Below, piece by piece: positions 1-11,972 of a DNA stretch of 64,000 nt. Each line of letters opens with the position of its first letter. Position 1 is the first letter of the stretch. The DNA lies in contig NC_043002.1 in NCBI RefSeq assembly GCF_006345805.1, forward strand, positions 54,932,001 through 54,996,000, given 5' to 3'. This DNA comes from Octopus sinensis (lineage: Eukaryota). Both the position numbers and the translations under genes were made by a program. The notes beneath the pieces are model-generated. The model did not search any database and had not been told where the DNA came from. It saw only the letters and a list, made by a program, of their open reading frames with translations.

Positions 1-49
1 ATTATATATATATATATAATACATATATATATATATATATATATATAAC

Positions 50-84
<35 letters not shown>

Positions 85-210
85 ATATACTATATATATA
101 TTATATATATATATACATATATATATATTATATATATATATACATATATATATACATATATATATATATATAATATATATATATAAAATATTATATTATA
201 TACATATATA
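1..210. repeat. (TA)n-based compound microsatellite
   Basis: Alternating TA with CA/TAA interruptions, running off the window start. Confidence 0.97.
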
Positions 211-292
211 ATCGAGACAAAACCACTATTTTAAAACCAACAAGGAAAGACTTAATCAATACATAAAATTTTAATATAAATTAAATAAACCG

Positions 293-335
293 CCACTACA
301 AATGTTTCATGTCTGCTCCGACAATCTTCAGGTGG
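293..335 (-). ncRNA. Mirror copy of the minimal type I hammerhead motif
   Basis: Reverse complement of 390-432 in the left palindrome arm, with all core nucleotides intact. Confidence 0.72.
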
Positions 336-389
336 ATTTCGATCTTCTAATCAGTATCAAAATTTGATACTGATTAGAAGATCGAAAAT

Positions 390-432
390 CCACCTGAAGA
401 TTGTCGGAGCAGACATGAAACATTTGTAGTGG
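390..432 (+). ncRNA. Minimal type I hammerhead ribozyme motif
   Basis: Stem I CCAC(390-393)/GTGG(429-432); core CTGAAGA(394-400); stem II TGTC/GACA with GGAGCA loop; GAAA(417-420); short stem III AC-ATTT-GT; cleavage triplet GUA(426-428). Confidence 0.75.
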
Positions 433-620
433 CGGTTTATTTAATTTATATTAAAATTTTATGTATTGATTAAGTCTTTCCTTGTTTGGTTTTAAAATAG
501 TGGTTTTGTCTCGAATTATATTATATAATATTTTACTATAAAATTGGATTTAACCCTAAATCTGATTTTTCCCTGTAATTTTGGATTCATTCCCTAATAT
601 TTATTATTATATATATACAT

Positions 621-666
<46 letters not shown>

Positions 667-687
667 CTTATTATATATATACTTATA

Positions 688-1060
688 CTAGCAGTATCGC
701 CCGGCGTTGCTCGGGTTTGTAAGGGAAATAACTATAAAGCATTTTTAGAGAGTTATAGCCAAAAAATAGAAAAAAAATGATGGTAAATTTGTTTTTTAGT
801 TAAAAAGGTCGAGTTGCGTCCCCTAGACAGTCTGTGGTTTGTGTTTCTGATTCTCGACCCCATGTCGAATTTATCGATTTTTTTCAGAACTGGGGGAACT
901 TTTCAAAATTTTCGCTGCGTTAGTTTTGAATTATGACATTGGGCTATGTGTGTGTCAAGTTTCATCAGAATCGGTTGAAAGCCGTGGTCAGGGTGAGGGT
1001 ACAACCTAACAGACACACAGAAACACACACAGAACAAACTGCCGTTTATATATAGAGAGA
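688..1060 (-). mobile_element. Non-autonomous Helitron (Lep1-like), copy 1
   Basis: On the minus strand it begins A|TC and ends with a CCCGAGCAACGCCGGG hairpin plus CTAG|T; internal (ACAG/AC)n tract; sits in (TA)n; highly similar to 43218-43599. Confidence 0.8.
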
Positions 1061-1170
1061 TTTATATATATTTATATATATATATATATACATATATATT
1101 TATATACATATATATATTTATATACATATATATTTATATACATATATATATTTATATACATATATATTTA

Positions 1171-1367
1171 TATAACATACGGGGGATCAGCCATCTGAAT
1201 GTGGCTAGGGTCAGGGCGGGGTGTTGGGGGTGTTACTGATGCATTTAGCCCCAGGCGAACATCAACGTCACCAGAAGGGCTGACACCATCCCTAAATGCA
1301 TCAGTAACACCCCACCACCCCGCCCTGACCCTAGCCACATTCAGATGGTGATCCCCCGTATGTTATA
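1171..1367. repeat. Fold-back element with ~77-bp GC-rich arms
   Basis: Arms 1171-1248 and 1292-1367, 43-nt spacer, few mismatches. Confidence 0.9.
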
Positions 1368-1389
1368 GAGCAGTTACTGTTTATATCTC

Positions 1390-1484
1390 GCTCAGAGATT
1401 TATTATTGTATATTATATACATATATTTTATATATATATTTATATACATATATATTTATATAATAATATTTATATACATATTAT

Positions 1485-1530
<46 letters not shown>

Positions 1531-1763
1531 TATATATATTTATATATATACATATATTATAGATATTTTATATATATATAAATTATATATACATATATAT
1601 TATATGTATATATATATATTATTATACGTGTGTGTGTGTATAATATATATGTATATATATTGTATATGTGTGTATACATATGTATATATATATTATATAT
1701 GTGTATATATGTATATATATATAATATATCATATATGTGTGGTATATATATATATTATATGTG

Positions 1764-1812
<49 letters not shown>

Positions 1813-1888
1813 AGTGTGTGTATAATATATATATATATTTATACGTGTGTGTGTGTGTGTGTATAATATATATGTATATGTATATATA

Positions 1889-1949
<61 letters not shown>

Positions 1950-1960
1950 GTATGTATGTA
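1390..1960. repeat. (TA)n/(TG)n compound microsatellite
   Basis: Direct inspection. Confidence 0.95.
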
Positions 1961-2199
1961 CCTATTATACTGCTCAGCATTTCGTCCAGCGTGTTAACGA
2001 TTCTGTCAGCTTGCCGCCTTATTTGTGTAAATGAGGAAAATATTTTTTTTTGTTTTTATAAATTTAAAGCGAGTACCGTGCATTGACTAAGTTAAATAAT
2101 TTAATATTGTAGTATATAAGCCCTGAATGAGCAAAAGTTGTGTTTGCCGTACACATGGGATGCGGACCTCCACCTCTGAAAAAACTCCCAAAAACTTGC

Positions 2200-2578
2200 T
2201 TCCAAACTACATGGTTCCAGGTTCAGTCCCACCGTGTGACCCCTTGGGCAAGTGTTTTCTACTATAGCCTCAGGCCGACCAAAGCCTTGTAAATGGATTT
2301 GATAGGCGGAAACTGAAAGAAGCCCATTGTATGTATGTATTATGTATGTATGTATGTATGTATGTATGTATATGTATGTGTGTGTGTACACCATCGCTTG
2401 ATAACCGATGTTGGTGTGTATTTTTTTTTACAACCCCTATAACTTAGAGGTTCAGCAAAAGTGACCGATAGAATAAGTACTGGGTTTAGAAAGAATGTCT
2501 TGGGGGTCGATCTGTTCGACCAAAAGGTGATGCTCCAGCATGGCCGCAGTCAAATGACTGAAACAAGTGAAAGAGAGG
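2200..2578 (+). mobile_element. SINE family C (tRNA-derived head, internal microsatellite, LINE-derived tail)
   Basis: B-box-like GGTTCAGTCCC, internal (TATG)n, tail ...CTCCAGCATGGCCGCAGTCAAATGACTGAAACAAG; more than 10 homologous copies in the window. Confidence 0.85.
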
Positions 2579-3318
2579 ATGAATGTATGTATATATATAT
2601 ATATATATATATAATGCATCTTCGATTTAAAATCAGTATTCGGGTTTCACTGGTAGACAGTGCACTAGTGCATATAGGCACACACACACACACATATATG
2701 CTGTATAGATCGAGCCAAGTGTCAGCATGACTCAGTGTGCGCTATCAGTAACCAATCATGTTTTGCATACTTTAACATAGCTTTTTTAGCTGCGCATTGT
2801 TTTTCACCTCCATAATGTGTGTTGGGGGTGGGGGCGGGTTAAATTGTGTGTGTGTGTGTCTGTGTTATGTCGTGAATCTTGTATATTAACTGCTAATGTC
2901 AAGCGATGATTTTTGTTAGACGCTTTCTCTTTATTATATGTGGTTAGTCAGCTAAGAATTTCACACACACACACACACACACACACATTCGGGTTTGACT
3001 CTATGTGTGTGTGTGTGTGCGCGTATGAGAGGGGTGGGGACGGACCTGTTGTGAAATGTTGGAAGGTTTTTTAAAGATACAAATAGATTCTCAATATCTC
3101 TCCCCCACCACCCTCTTCTCACTTTTTCTCCTCATTCTGCAACTCCTTTACTTTCTCTTATCTCTCTCTCCTCTCTCTCTTTTCTTTTCTTGCTCTTTTT
3201 TCTTATTTGTTTATTCATCTCTACTTCTTTCTCCTCCTCACTCTGTTCTCTCTTCTCATCTCCATTAATTCTCCTTTCTCTCCTCCCCTCTCTTCTGCAG
3301 ACATATTCATCATTCAGC

Positions 3319-3640
3319 GAAGGCATGTTGCTTAGTGGTTAAGGTATTCAGCTCACGATCGTGAGGTTGCGAGTTCGATTCCTGGCGGCACGTTGTCCTT
3401 GTGCAAAACACTTTATTTCATGTTGCTCCAATCCATTCAACTGGCAAAAATGAATTGTACCTGTAATTCAAACGGGCCAATCAGACCACACTCTGTGTCA
3501 CTCTGAATCTCCCTGAGAACTACGTTAAGTTTGCGCGTGTCTGCGGAATACTCGGCCGCTTGCACGTTTACTTTACAAGCAGGCTGTTCCGTTGATCGGA
3601 TCAACTGGAACCCTCGTCGTCATCACCGACGGAGTGTCAG
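3319..3640 (+). mobile_element. SINE family D1 (tRNA head, CORE-like domain, D tail)
   Basis: A/B boxes, CORE-like TCCTTGxGCAAxACACTTTATTTCA segment, tail GATCGGATCAACTGGAACCCTCGTCGTC. Confidence 0.8.
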
Positions 3641-3924
3641 TTTTCATTTATCATTCAAGATGGCGCCAATACTGACCATTCTTGCAATAACCATGATCAC
3701 TCCACTTTCAATTCAACATGGAATTACCGTATTCCATCGCATAAAAGACACTCAGCCATATTAAATGCCTCCCAATTGAAGCTTCACATATTTTTTCTCT
3801 GTATTTTACCTTTATTTGTTTTCAGTCATTAGACTGAATAATTTTTAACCAATTTTTAAAGTCTGGTACCTATTCTATTGTTCTCTTTTGCCGAACCGCT
3901 AAGTTATAGGGTCGAAAACATATC

Positions 3925-4818
3925 CCAAGCTATTGCAGTACTTGGTCCTCGCCTTAGATGAGACAGCTGGCACTTTTGTAACATCCATTTCGAGGTCTGG
4001 TATAACACTCAATTCCAAAGTTTCGTGCCAGCCCCACCAGTATCTTCCACACATTTATCACTGCGTACCTCTCCCGTCTTCGCTCCAGGGAGTAGACTCG
4101 TAGGTCTTTCGGTCTTTCCCAGTAGCACAGCTGTTTCAGTGATGCAATATTCCTCGTGTAGTATCACTGAACCATCTCAGGTTCTGCTATTAATCCTACT
4201 ACAGTGTAAGGTGACCACAGTTGAGAGCAGTAGTTCAACGGCTGAGGACAAATGTCCTCCATAGGACCTGCATAGTTTCCTGGTCCCTTGTTCTGAAGGT
4301 TCTCGGAATCCACCCCGAAATTCGCCTGCACACTGCCACCATCTTGGTGACATGCATATGAAACGAGGCATCGTTGCTCATATCACTCTCAAGATCACGT
4401 ACCGTATGTGATTCTAGGATTGCCGCTCCTTTTGGTCCAAAGTATCGTTATTGTGACGTCTGAGCACCAATTAGCTGGTAGAGCAGGGCATAGAATTTGC
4501 CTGCATTAAATTGCATGTTGTTGTCCTCAACCCATTTTAATATGGCATCTAGTTCTTTCTGTAGATTAGCATCAGAAGGTTCATTGACTCCTTGTACTAG
4601 TTTCATGTCGTCGAAATAGCTAGTAAGTGAGGCGATCTGTGTAAATGATGGTATGTTTGAAAGAGCCACCATGAACAGTAGTGGCCTCAATGCAGTTCCT
4701 TGGGGCACTCCACTTTCTGTTATTGACTTTGTAGAAAGGTCTTCGTTGGCTTCTACAGCATGGCTTCTGTCTTTTAAGAAGTCATGCAACCACACTCCAA
4801 TTTTCCCAGTTATGCCGA

Positions 4819-4820
<2 letters not shown>
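3925..4820 (-). mobile_element. Decayed non-LTR retrotransposon RT fragment (L2/CR1 superclade, Daphne/Crack-like)
   Basis: ORF 4448-4795 has WLHDFLKDR..SGVPQGTALRPLLF..SYFDD (RT motifs); continues with frameshifts into VLWRTFVLSRLNYCSQLWSP..SLERRRERY; same family as 50110-51350. Confidence 0.88.
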
Positions 4821-4860
<40 letters not shown>

Positions 4861-4863
<3 letters not shown>

Positions 4864-5121
4864 TTTACATGTTTCAGTAATTTGACTGCGGCCATGCTGG
4901 AGCACCGCCTTTAGTCGAAGAAATCGATCCCAGGACTAATTCTTTGTAAACCTAATACTTATTCTGTCGGTCACTTTTGCCGACCCTCTAGTTTACGAGG
5001 ACGTAAGCACACAAGCATCAGTTGTCAAGCGATGTTGGGGGACAAACACAGACACACAAACATATATACATATAAAAACGGGATTCTTTCAGTTTCCGTC
5101 TACCAAATCCACTCACAAGGC
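4861..5121 (-). mobile_element. SINE family C, partial
   Basis: Reverse complement of the C tail and body. Confidence 0.8.
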
Positions 5122-5124
5122 AAT

Positions 5125-6020
5125 ATATATGTAATAAATATATATATATATATGTAATATATATGTAATAAATATATTATATATGTAATAGATATATATA
5201 TGTAATATATAATATATGTAATAAATATATATATATATATTAATCTATATATATATATATATATAATATATATATATTGTAATATATATATATATGTAAT
5301 ATACATATATATGTAATATATATATATATGTAATATTATATATATATGAATATAATATATATGTAATATACATATATATGTAATAAATATATATGTAATA
5401 TATATATGATAATATACATATATATGTAATATACATATATATGTAATATATATATATGTAATATACATATATATGTAATATACATATATATGTAATATAC
5501 ATATATACGTAATATATATATATCTGTAATATACATACATGTAATATACATAAATGTAACATACATAAATGTAATATACATATATGTAATATACATAAAT
5601 GTAATATACATATATGTAATATACATATAGGTAATATACATATAGTTAATATGCATATAGGTGATATACATATAGGTAATATATATATGTATGTATATAT
5701 ATATATATATGTGTGTGTGTGTATGTAGTATATATATATATATGTGTGTGTGTGTGTATGTAGTATATATATATGTATGTATATATATATATATGTGTGT
5801 GTGTGTATGTAGTATATATATATATGTGTGTGTGTGTGTATGTAGTATATATATGTGTGAATATGTAATATATATATATATGTATATGTCATATATGTAT
5901 ATACGTGTATATGTACTATATATGTGTGTGTATGTAATATATATATATGTGTGTATGTAATATATATAATGTGTGTATATGTAATATATATAAATGTATA
6001 TGTATTATATATGTATATGT

Positions 6021-6070
<50 letters not shown>
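5125..6070. repeat. (TA)n-derived compound microsatellite/minisatellite
   Basis: Repeating ATGTAATATACATAT-type units embedded in TA. Confidence 0.95.
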
Positions 6071-6073
<3 letters not shown>

Positions 6074-6854
6074 GCATAATATTTATTCAACACTCAGTCA
6101 GTCAAACAGACACACGCTCACATTCAGACACACCCATGATGCCACGAAGTGTGTGGGAACGAAGGCTGTAAAAGATAAATTCAGTCGAAGTCGTCGTCGT
6201 TGTTGTTCACCGTTGGTATCTGTGTGCGAGTGTCGTTATTAATGATAGGGGAAGTAACACGACAATGGCCATCAGTTTGATGTCACTCGTCTCTCTTGTA
6301 AAACCAATGATAGAGAGAGAGAAAGATTTATGAAGTGGTTTTCATGTTTTATCTTGCCCTACTTATTTCATCGTTCTCTTTCTTCCACAGACACACACAC
6401 ACACACACACACTCTCTCACTCTTTCTCTCTCTCTCGTTCTCCGATTATCATTTGTATTTAGCCTTTACACCTTCTCACTCCCTTTTGCTCTCTTCTCAT
6501 TCTCTCCCCTCATTCTGTTATAACCATCACCTGATGCTTTTTTACTCTTTATTTTCAGTCTCTCCCTCTCTCTCTTTATCACATATACTTCTCTTTCACC
6601 CATCACTGTTTCCGTTATCCTTTCTCTCTATCCTCCCACTATCACCAGCCACAGGTTAGGAGGATAGCTTTAATGCTGATGGCTCTTTTCTCAGTAATAA
6701 GTATTATCGATCTCAATGAAATCTTTTTAACCGTTTAAAACCATTTCTTCAGCTCTCACACCCCATAAAATTTCTGAAATACATTACATCTCGTTCGGAG
6801 ATTTATTAATGCATTCAACATATAATTTTACTTCTATTCTCATTATTATTTTTT

Positions 6855-7160
6855 TCCCTCCTCCTCCTCCTCCTCCTCCTTCTTCTTCTTCTTCTTCTTC
6901 TTCTTCTTCTTCTTCTTCTTTTCTCTTCTTCTTCTCTTCTTCTTCTTTTCTTCTTCTTCGTCTTTCTTCTTCTTCTTCTTCTCTTTTTCTCTTCTTCTTC
7001 TTCTTTTCTTCTTCTTCTTCTTCTTCTTCTTCTTCTTCTTTGTCTTCTTCTTCTTCTTCGTTTTCTTCTTCGTTGTCTTCTTCTTCTTCGTTGTCTTCTT
7101 CGTTGTCTTCTTCTTCTTATTATTATTCTTCTTCTTCTTCTTACTCTCCTTCTTCTTGCT
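6855..7160. repeat. (CCT)n/(CTT)n polypyrimidine tract
   Basis: ~300 bp almost exclusively C/T on the + strand. Confidence 0.95.
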
Positions 7161-7994
7161 CTTCCTTCTCGTCCTTCTTATTTCTCTCTCTCTCTCTCTC
7201 TCTCAGTCTCCCCTGCTTGTGTCTCTCACGTGCATCAATCCATTTATCTTGTCTCACATTGCTCTCCCTCGTTGCCCCCACGCCCCTTGCTCTGTCTCTC
7301 TCACGTCACCATTCCAGCGGCGCACACTGAAGAGGCGGAGGACATCAGTTTTTGCTTGGCAGCAACAACGGCAACCATTGCTTTCATTCCTGGATACGTT
7401 TTCTGTCTGTTGGAATGTTGTTGGTTGCCGGGCGAGTAAAAGAAATCCTCCTTCACATTGAAGGACGGATGGTAATGGCGGTGGCGGTGAGTGGTGGCAG
7501 GGACAGTGAGTGAGGGGCAGTGAGTACAGCTGGGGGAGAAGTGTTTACCAGACCTTGTTTAAGCTTTTTATTTCATATTCCACCAACACTACCACCACCA
7601 CCACCACCACCATTTATCTCTCTTTCTGTGTCTCTGTCTGTCTCCTCCCCCCCTCTCTCTCTCTCTCTCAATCGCTAATCGACTATACAAGCTGACTTCT
7701 TTACATGATCGTTCGTTATCTTGCTTGGCTGTGAAAAAGCCAAGAGCGAGTTTAGCTTACCTGGTTTTCTCCTCTCTCTCTCTTTCTCTCTCACCGTCTC
7801 TTTCTCTCCTTTTCCCTTCTCTCTCCGTGTATTTATCTATCCATCTTTCTCATCGCGCCTCTTCTTGTCCAGTAGCATTTGATGTCGCTCCAAACTACCT
7901 ACATACCCGTCTGTTTGTCTGTCTGTCTGTCTCATTATGAGTGTGTGTGTGTGTGTTGTGTGTGTGTGTTGTGTGTGTGTGTGTGTGTAACCCT

Positions 7995-8130
7995 CTAACT
8001 AGTTTCAGCTCGGAAGCTGCGGCCATGCTGGGGCATCACCCATTTGAAAAAGTGGCCAGCAATTCTCTGCCGAGAATCGAACCCTGTACCTCTCGAATTC
8101 CCGCTGAGCGCTCTCTACCATTAAAATACC
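7995..8130 (-). mobile_element. Short SINE (family H): tRNA-like head joined to the LINE-type 3' tail
   Basis: B-box GGTTCGATTC on the minus strand; tail GGTGATGCCCCAGCATGGCCGCAGCTTCCGAGCTGAAACTAG. Confidence 0.6.
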
Positions 8131-8731
8131 TGACTCTACCTAACTGTGTATGCGTACGCACACGCACACGTGCGCGCGCACACACACTCACACATACACA
8201 CATGGATGTTTGGGTCGTGTTTTCTTCTTCTGAAGAGTCGGCACTTAAAAACCCAGCCCTTTTTATTCTAACCGTTAGAGGTGGTCATGACTCTTCTTAA
8301 TGCCACAACAGAACCTGACCGTTTGTTTGTCTGCCAGTCCGTTGTTTATCTCTGTGTAATATAATCTACGCTAAATACACATGCGTGCCTTTACATCAGT
8401 GCAGACGTGTGTATGTGAATGCATTGTTGGTATGTACGTACGTATGTTTGCCGTAGATTCCAGCCCTGGCGACGACGATGTACCGTAGCAACAGCAGGTG
8501 GAAGACGACGAGTAATAAATATGTTTTGGTGGTGCTCGTCCACTCAAGAGATGGTGTCTGTGTGTGTCTTTAACATTGTTGTGCAATAAACCGTTACCAG
8601 TGACTTGTATATATGTCAGTCTCCCCGGCCCCTCCAATCAACGGGGTTGGCGTGAGCTCAGCTTTTCGTTCTATCTCACCTTTCACTCGGAATGATTAAA
8701 CGAGGGTAGTAGTTCTCTGTGGACTTTCGAA

Positions 8732-8798
<67 letters not shown>

Positions 8799-9073
8799 AA
8801 TAATAATAATAATAATAAAAGGGAAATAAAAGGAAAAAAATGTACACTGGTGATAGAACGAATAAAAGGGGCTGTGTTCAGCCCTTTTAATGTTTTGTTT
8901 TTAGTGTCCCTCAGAGAAAAAGGGTGAGAACATTGAGAGAGGTTTTGCCATTGACATGGATGACTGGTTTGACCTTAAGGTTTTATTCTTAATATGAGTG
9001 CTTGCTCTGATTCGCTCCAATGGTTTTTGTGTCAATGTAACAAATCATCATCATCGTTATTATTATTATTATT

Positions 9074-9630
9074 AAGGTGGCAAGCTGGCAGAATCGTTAG
9101 TACGCCGGGCAGAATGCTTAGCGGTATTTCATCCCTCTTCATGTTCTAAGTTCAAATTCTGCCGAGGTCGACTTTGCTTTTCGTCCTTTCAGGGTCGATA
9201 AAATAAGTACCAGTTAAGTACTGAGGTCGATGTAATCGACTAGTTCCCTCCCCCAAAATTTCAGGACTTGTTCCTATAGTAAAAAGGATTATTTTTATTA
9301 TTATTATTGCAAAAGCGGCGAGCTGGTAGGATCCTTAGCGGTATTTTCACCAGTCGCTACGTTCTGAGTTCAAATTCCGCCGAGGTCGACTTTGGTACTT
9401 AATTTATCGATCCCGAAAGGATGAAATGCAGTGAAACTCTTGGGTCGATGTAATCGACTTCCCACTCCCCCAAATTTCAGAAAGGATTATTATTATTATT
9501 GCAAAAGTGGGGGAGCTGACAGAATGGTGAGCAAGCCGGACAAAATGCTTAGCGGACTTCGACCGTCTTTACGTCCCGAGTTGAAATTCTGCTGAAGTCC
9601 ACTTTGCTTTTCATTCTTCGAGCACTGGGA
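9074..9630 (+). mobile_element. Three tandem SINE family B copies separated by (ATT)n
   Basis: Each starts ~AAGGCGGCGAGCTGGCAGAA and has GAGTTCAAATT and GGTCGACTTTGC(C/T)TTTC motifs. Confidence 0.85.
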
Positions 9631-10461
9631 AGCATTGTGTCTTTAATAGAAAGGGTTGATATTAAACGGTAGATGATAAAGATAGCATCTCTTGTGTTTA
9701 TTTCGTTACATATGGTTATGAGTTCAAATCCAGACGAGAATCGATCTGACCGATAACTACGAAGTAAAAATACAATACAGCGATCAATATAATCGAACTC
9801 GTTCTATACTCTTTATTCCGAGCGCTCTTTATCCATGATGTCAGACAGGGATGAGAAGGTGGGTTTTCGTTTTCGCGACCAAGGTTATTTATGTATAACC
9901 ATGGCGGTCAAGGCCAGCTGGAGCATCGCCTACATGGCAATGATGATATAATATAGCAACAAGCCGATGAATCAATGTTTGACCGGAAGAGAAGAGAAGA
10001 AAAGAACTGAATGGAGTGGATGACATGCAAAATGCGTTCAGAATGATCGGCCGACGGACAGACAGACAGTGTTTAAGAATCTTTAAAAGTTTGTCTGCCT
10101 GTTTCCCTCCCTCTTTTTCTCTCTCTCTCTCACGCACGCGCACACACACACACGTTAACGGAATGGATAATAAAGATTATATATATGTGTATATGGAGAG
10201 AAATGAGTGTTTGTTAGAGAGAGAGAGAGAGACAGACAGATAGAGAAAGAAGTATTTGTTTACTGTTTGATTCTGTTTAAGAAGAATGAGAGAGAGAGAG
10301 AGATGTGATTTTAATAAAGTTTGTCATTAATCTAAATATTTGATAGGAAAAATCTTAACGTGTACAGCAGGAATGTTGCTTCCTACCTGCATAATATACA
10401 AACTTATATGACTGTGCCTACGTTGTAGTCAATGTTACAAGCAGTATTATTATTATTATTA

Positions 10462-10506
<45 letters not shown>

Positions 10507-10507
<1 letters not shown>

Positions 10508-10834
10508 TGTACACGCAACAGATTAGACTGTTGGAAAAGAAAAATTCCTAACATAGGGCTACAAGTTGCCTTAGATGCCAAGAAGCCCCCTAAGTATCCT
10601 ACCTCTCCCTAATAACACTGTTTTCTGCAGCTGTACTAAACTGGGTTTTATGCCTATTTTCTCTATCCATCTGTCCAGATCTTTAGGGATAATTCATTCC
10701 CATTGCACCTATAACTCCTGCAATACATTTACTTAATGTCAAGGTCCTGGTACTTTGCTAATTTTTCTATACCTCTCATATTGATTTTTTCATCATTTGG
10801 GACTGTAAAGTCAATTAGCTGGCACTTTCTATTC

Positions 10835-10836
<2 letters not shown>
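10507..10836 (-). mobile_element. R4/Dong-type (restriction-like endonuclease) LINE 3' fragment
   Basis: Manual translation gives NRKCQLIDFTVPNDEKINMRGIEKLAKYQDL..VIGAMG..IPKDLDRWIEKIGIKPSLVQLQKTVLLGRGRILR; ~65-nt 3'UTR; (TAA)n on both sides. Confidence 0.78.
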
Positions 10837-10874
<38 letters not shown>

Positions 10875-10876
<2 letters not shown>

Positions 10877-11250
10877 GGCTGCGAGCTGGTAGAAACGTTA
10901 GCACGCCGGGCGAAGTGCGTAGCCGTATTTCGTCTGCCGTTACGTTCTGAGTTCAAATTCCGCCGAGGTCGACTTTGCCTTTCATCCTTTCGGGGTCGAT
11001 AAATTAAGTACCAATTACGTACTGGAGTCAATATAATCGACTTAATCCGTTTGTCTGTCCTTGTTTGTCCTCTCTTGTGGGTAGTAAAGAAATAGGTATT
11101 TCGTCTGTCGCTACGTTCTGAGTTCAAATTCCGCCGAGGTCGACTTTACCTTTCATCCTTTCAACGGTCGATAAAATAAATACCAGTAACATCACTGGGG
11201 TCGATGTAATCGACTCATCCCCACCTCCCCCAAGCTGCCCTTGTGGTAAA
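10875..11250 (+). mobile_element. SINE family B (dimeric form)
   Basis: Head followed by a duplicated GTATTTCGTCTG..GAGTTCAAATTCCGCCGAGGTCGAC module. Confidence 0.88.
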
Positions 11251-11654
11251 AATTTGAAATAATAATAATAATTATTATTATTATTTATTATTACTATTAT
11301 TATTATTTTTATTATTATTATTCGATTATCGGTTTCAACCAGAGGTTGTGGCTATGCTGAGGCACTGCCATTAGCGCTAACGCGCGCTTATTTTAGACTC
11401 ATTTAGTGGCCCTCTGTCTGGAATTGGTTCTGGTGAAGAAGTGAGTTGGACAGAGCTGCCCTTCCCGCAGTTTCTTGCCATGATCTCTGTTCATCTGGCA
11501 AACCAGGTAAACCCACGGCCTTTTGAAGAGTCTGCTGGTTTCTATGAAATCTTTTCTTTTTTATTATTTCATCTTTTCCTGTATTTTTTGTTTCTCAAAG
11601 ACAACTCGGTTCAACTATTTATCTTTCATCTTTTAACTTTTTTCAACCATTAAA

Positions 11655-11972
11655 CGGCGGCCATGCTGGGGCACCGCTTTGGAGAATTTTTTTGTCGAAT
11701 GAATCGACCCCAGTATTTATTTTTTGTAAGCCTGGTTCTTATTCTATCAGATTCTTTTGCTGAACCACCAAGCTACGGGGCGGAAACGCACCAACACCGG
11801 TTGTCAAGCGGTGATTGGGACAAACATCTATATATATATATAAGACGGGTTTCTTTCAGTTTCGTCTACCGATTCTACTCACAAGGCTTTGGTTGGCCCA
11901 AGGTGCCACGCAGTGGGATTCAACCCGGAACCATGTGGTTGGGAAGTAAGCTTCTTACCACACAACTGCACC
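11655..11972 (-). mobile_element. SINE family C
   Basis: Homology to 2200-2578. Confidence 0.8.

Larger units (their letters stand above)
211..605 (+). mobile_element. Penelope-like element pseudo-LTR remnant with 5' inverted duplication
   Basis: ~150-bp near-perfect palindrome (211-361 / 363-515). The sense arm carries a hammerhead motif and non-microsatellite sequence continues to ~605. An inverted partial pLTR with a hammerhead is the known PLE architecture. No RT or GIY-YIG coding sequence is visible. Confidence 0.6.

Noticed and set aside
1406-1980. Long ORFs rich in Y/I/M/V/C/H/T (also 5100-6093, 14239-14937, 48991-50123, 51381-53623)
   Set aside because: Translations of TA/TG microsatellites, which lack stop codons by composition
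6809-7330. Poly-Ser/Pro ORF; also poly-Asn/Leu/Tyr ORFs at 17952-18336
   Set aside because: Trinucleotide repeat translations with no flanking coding signal
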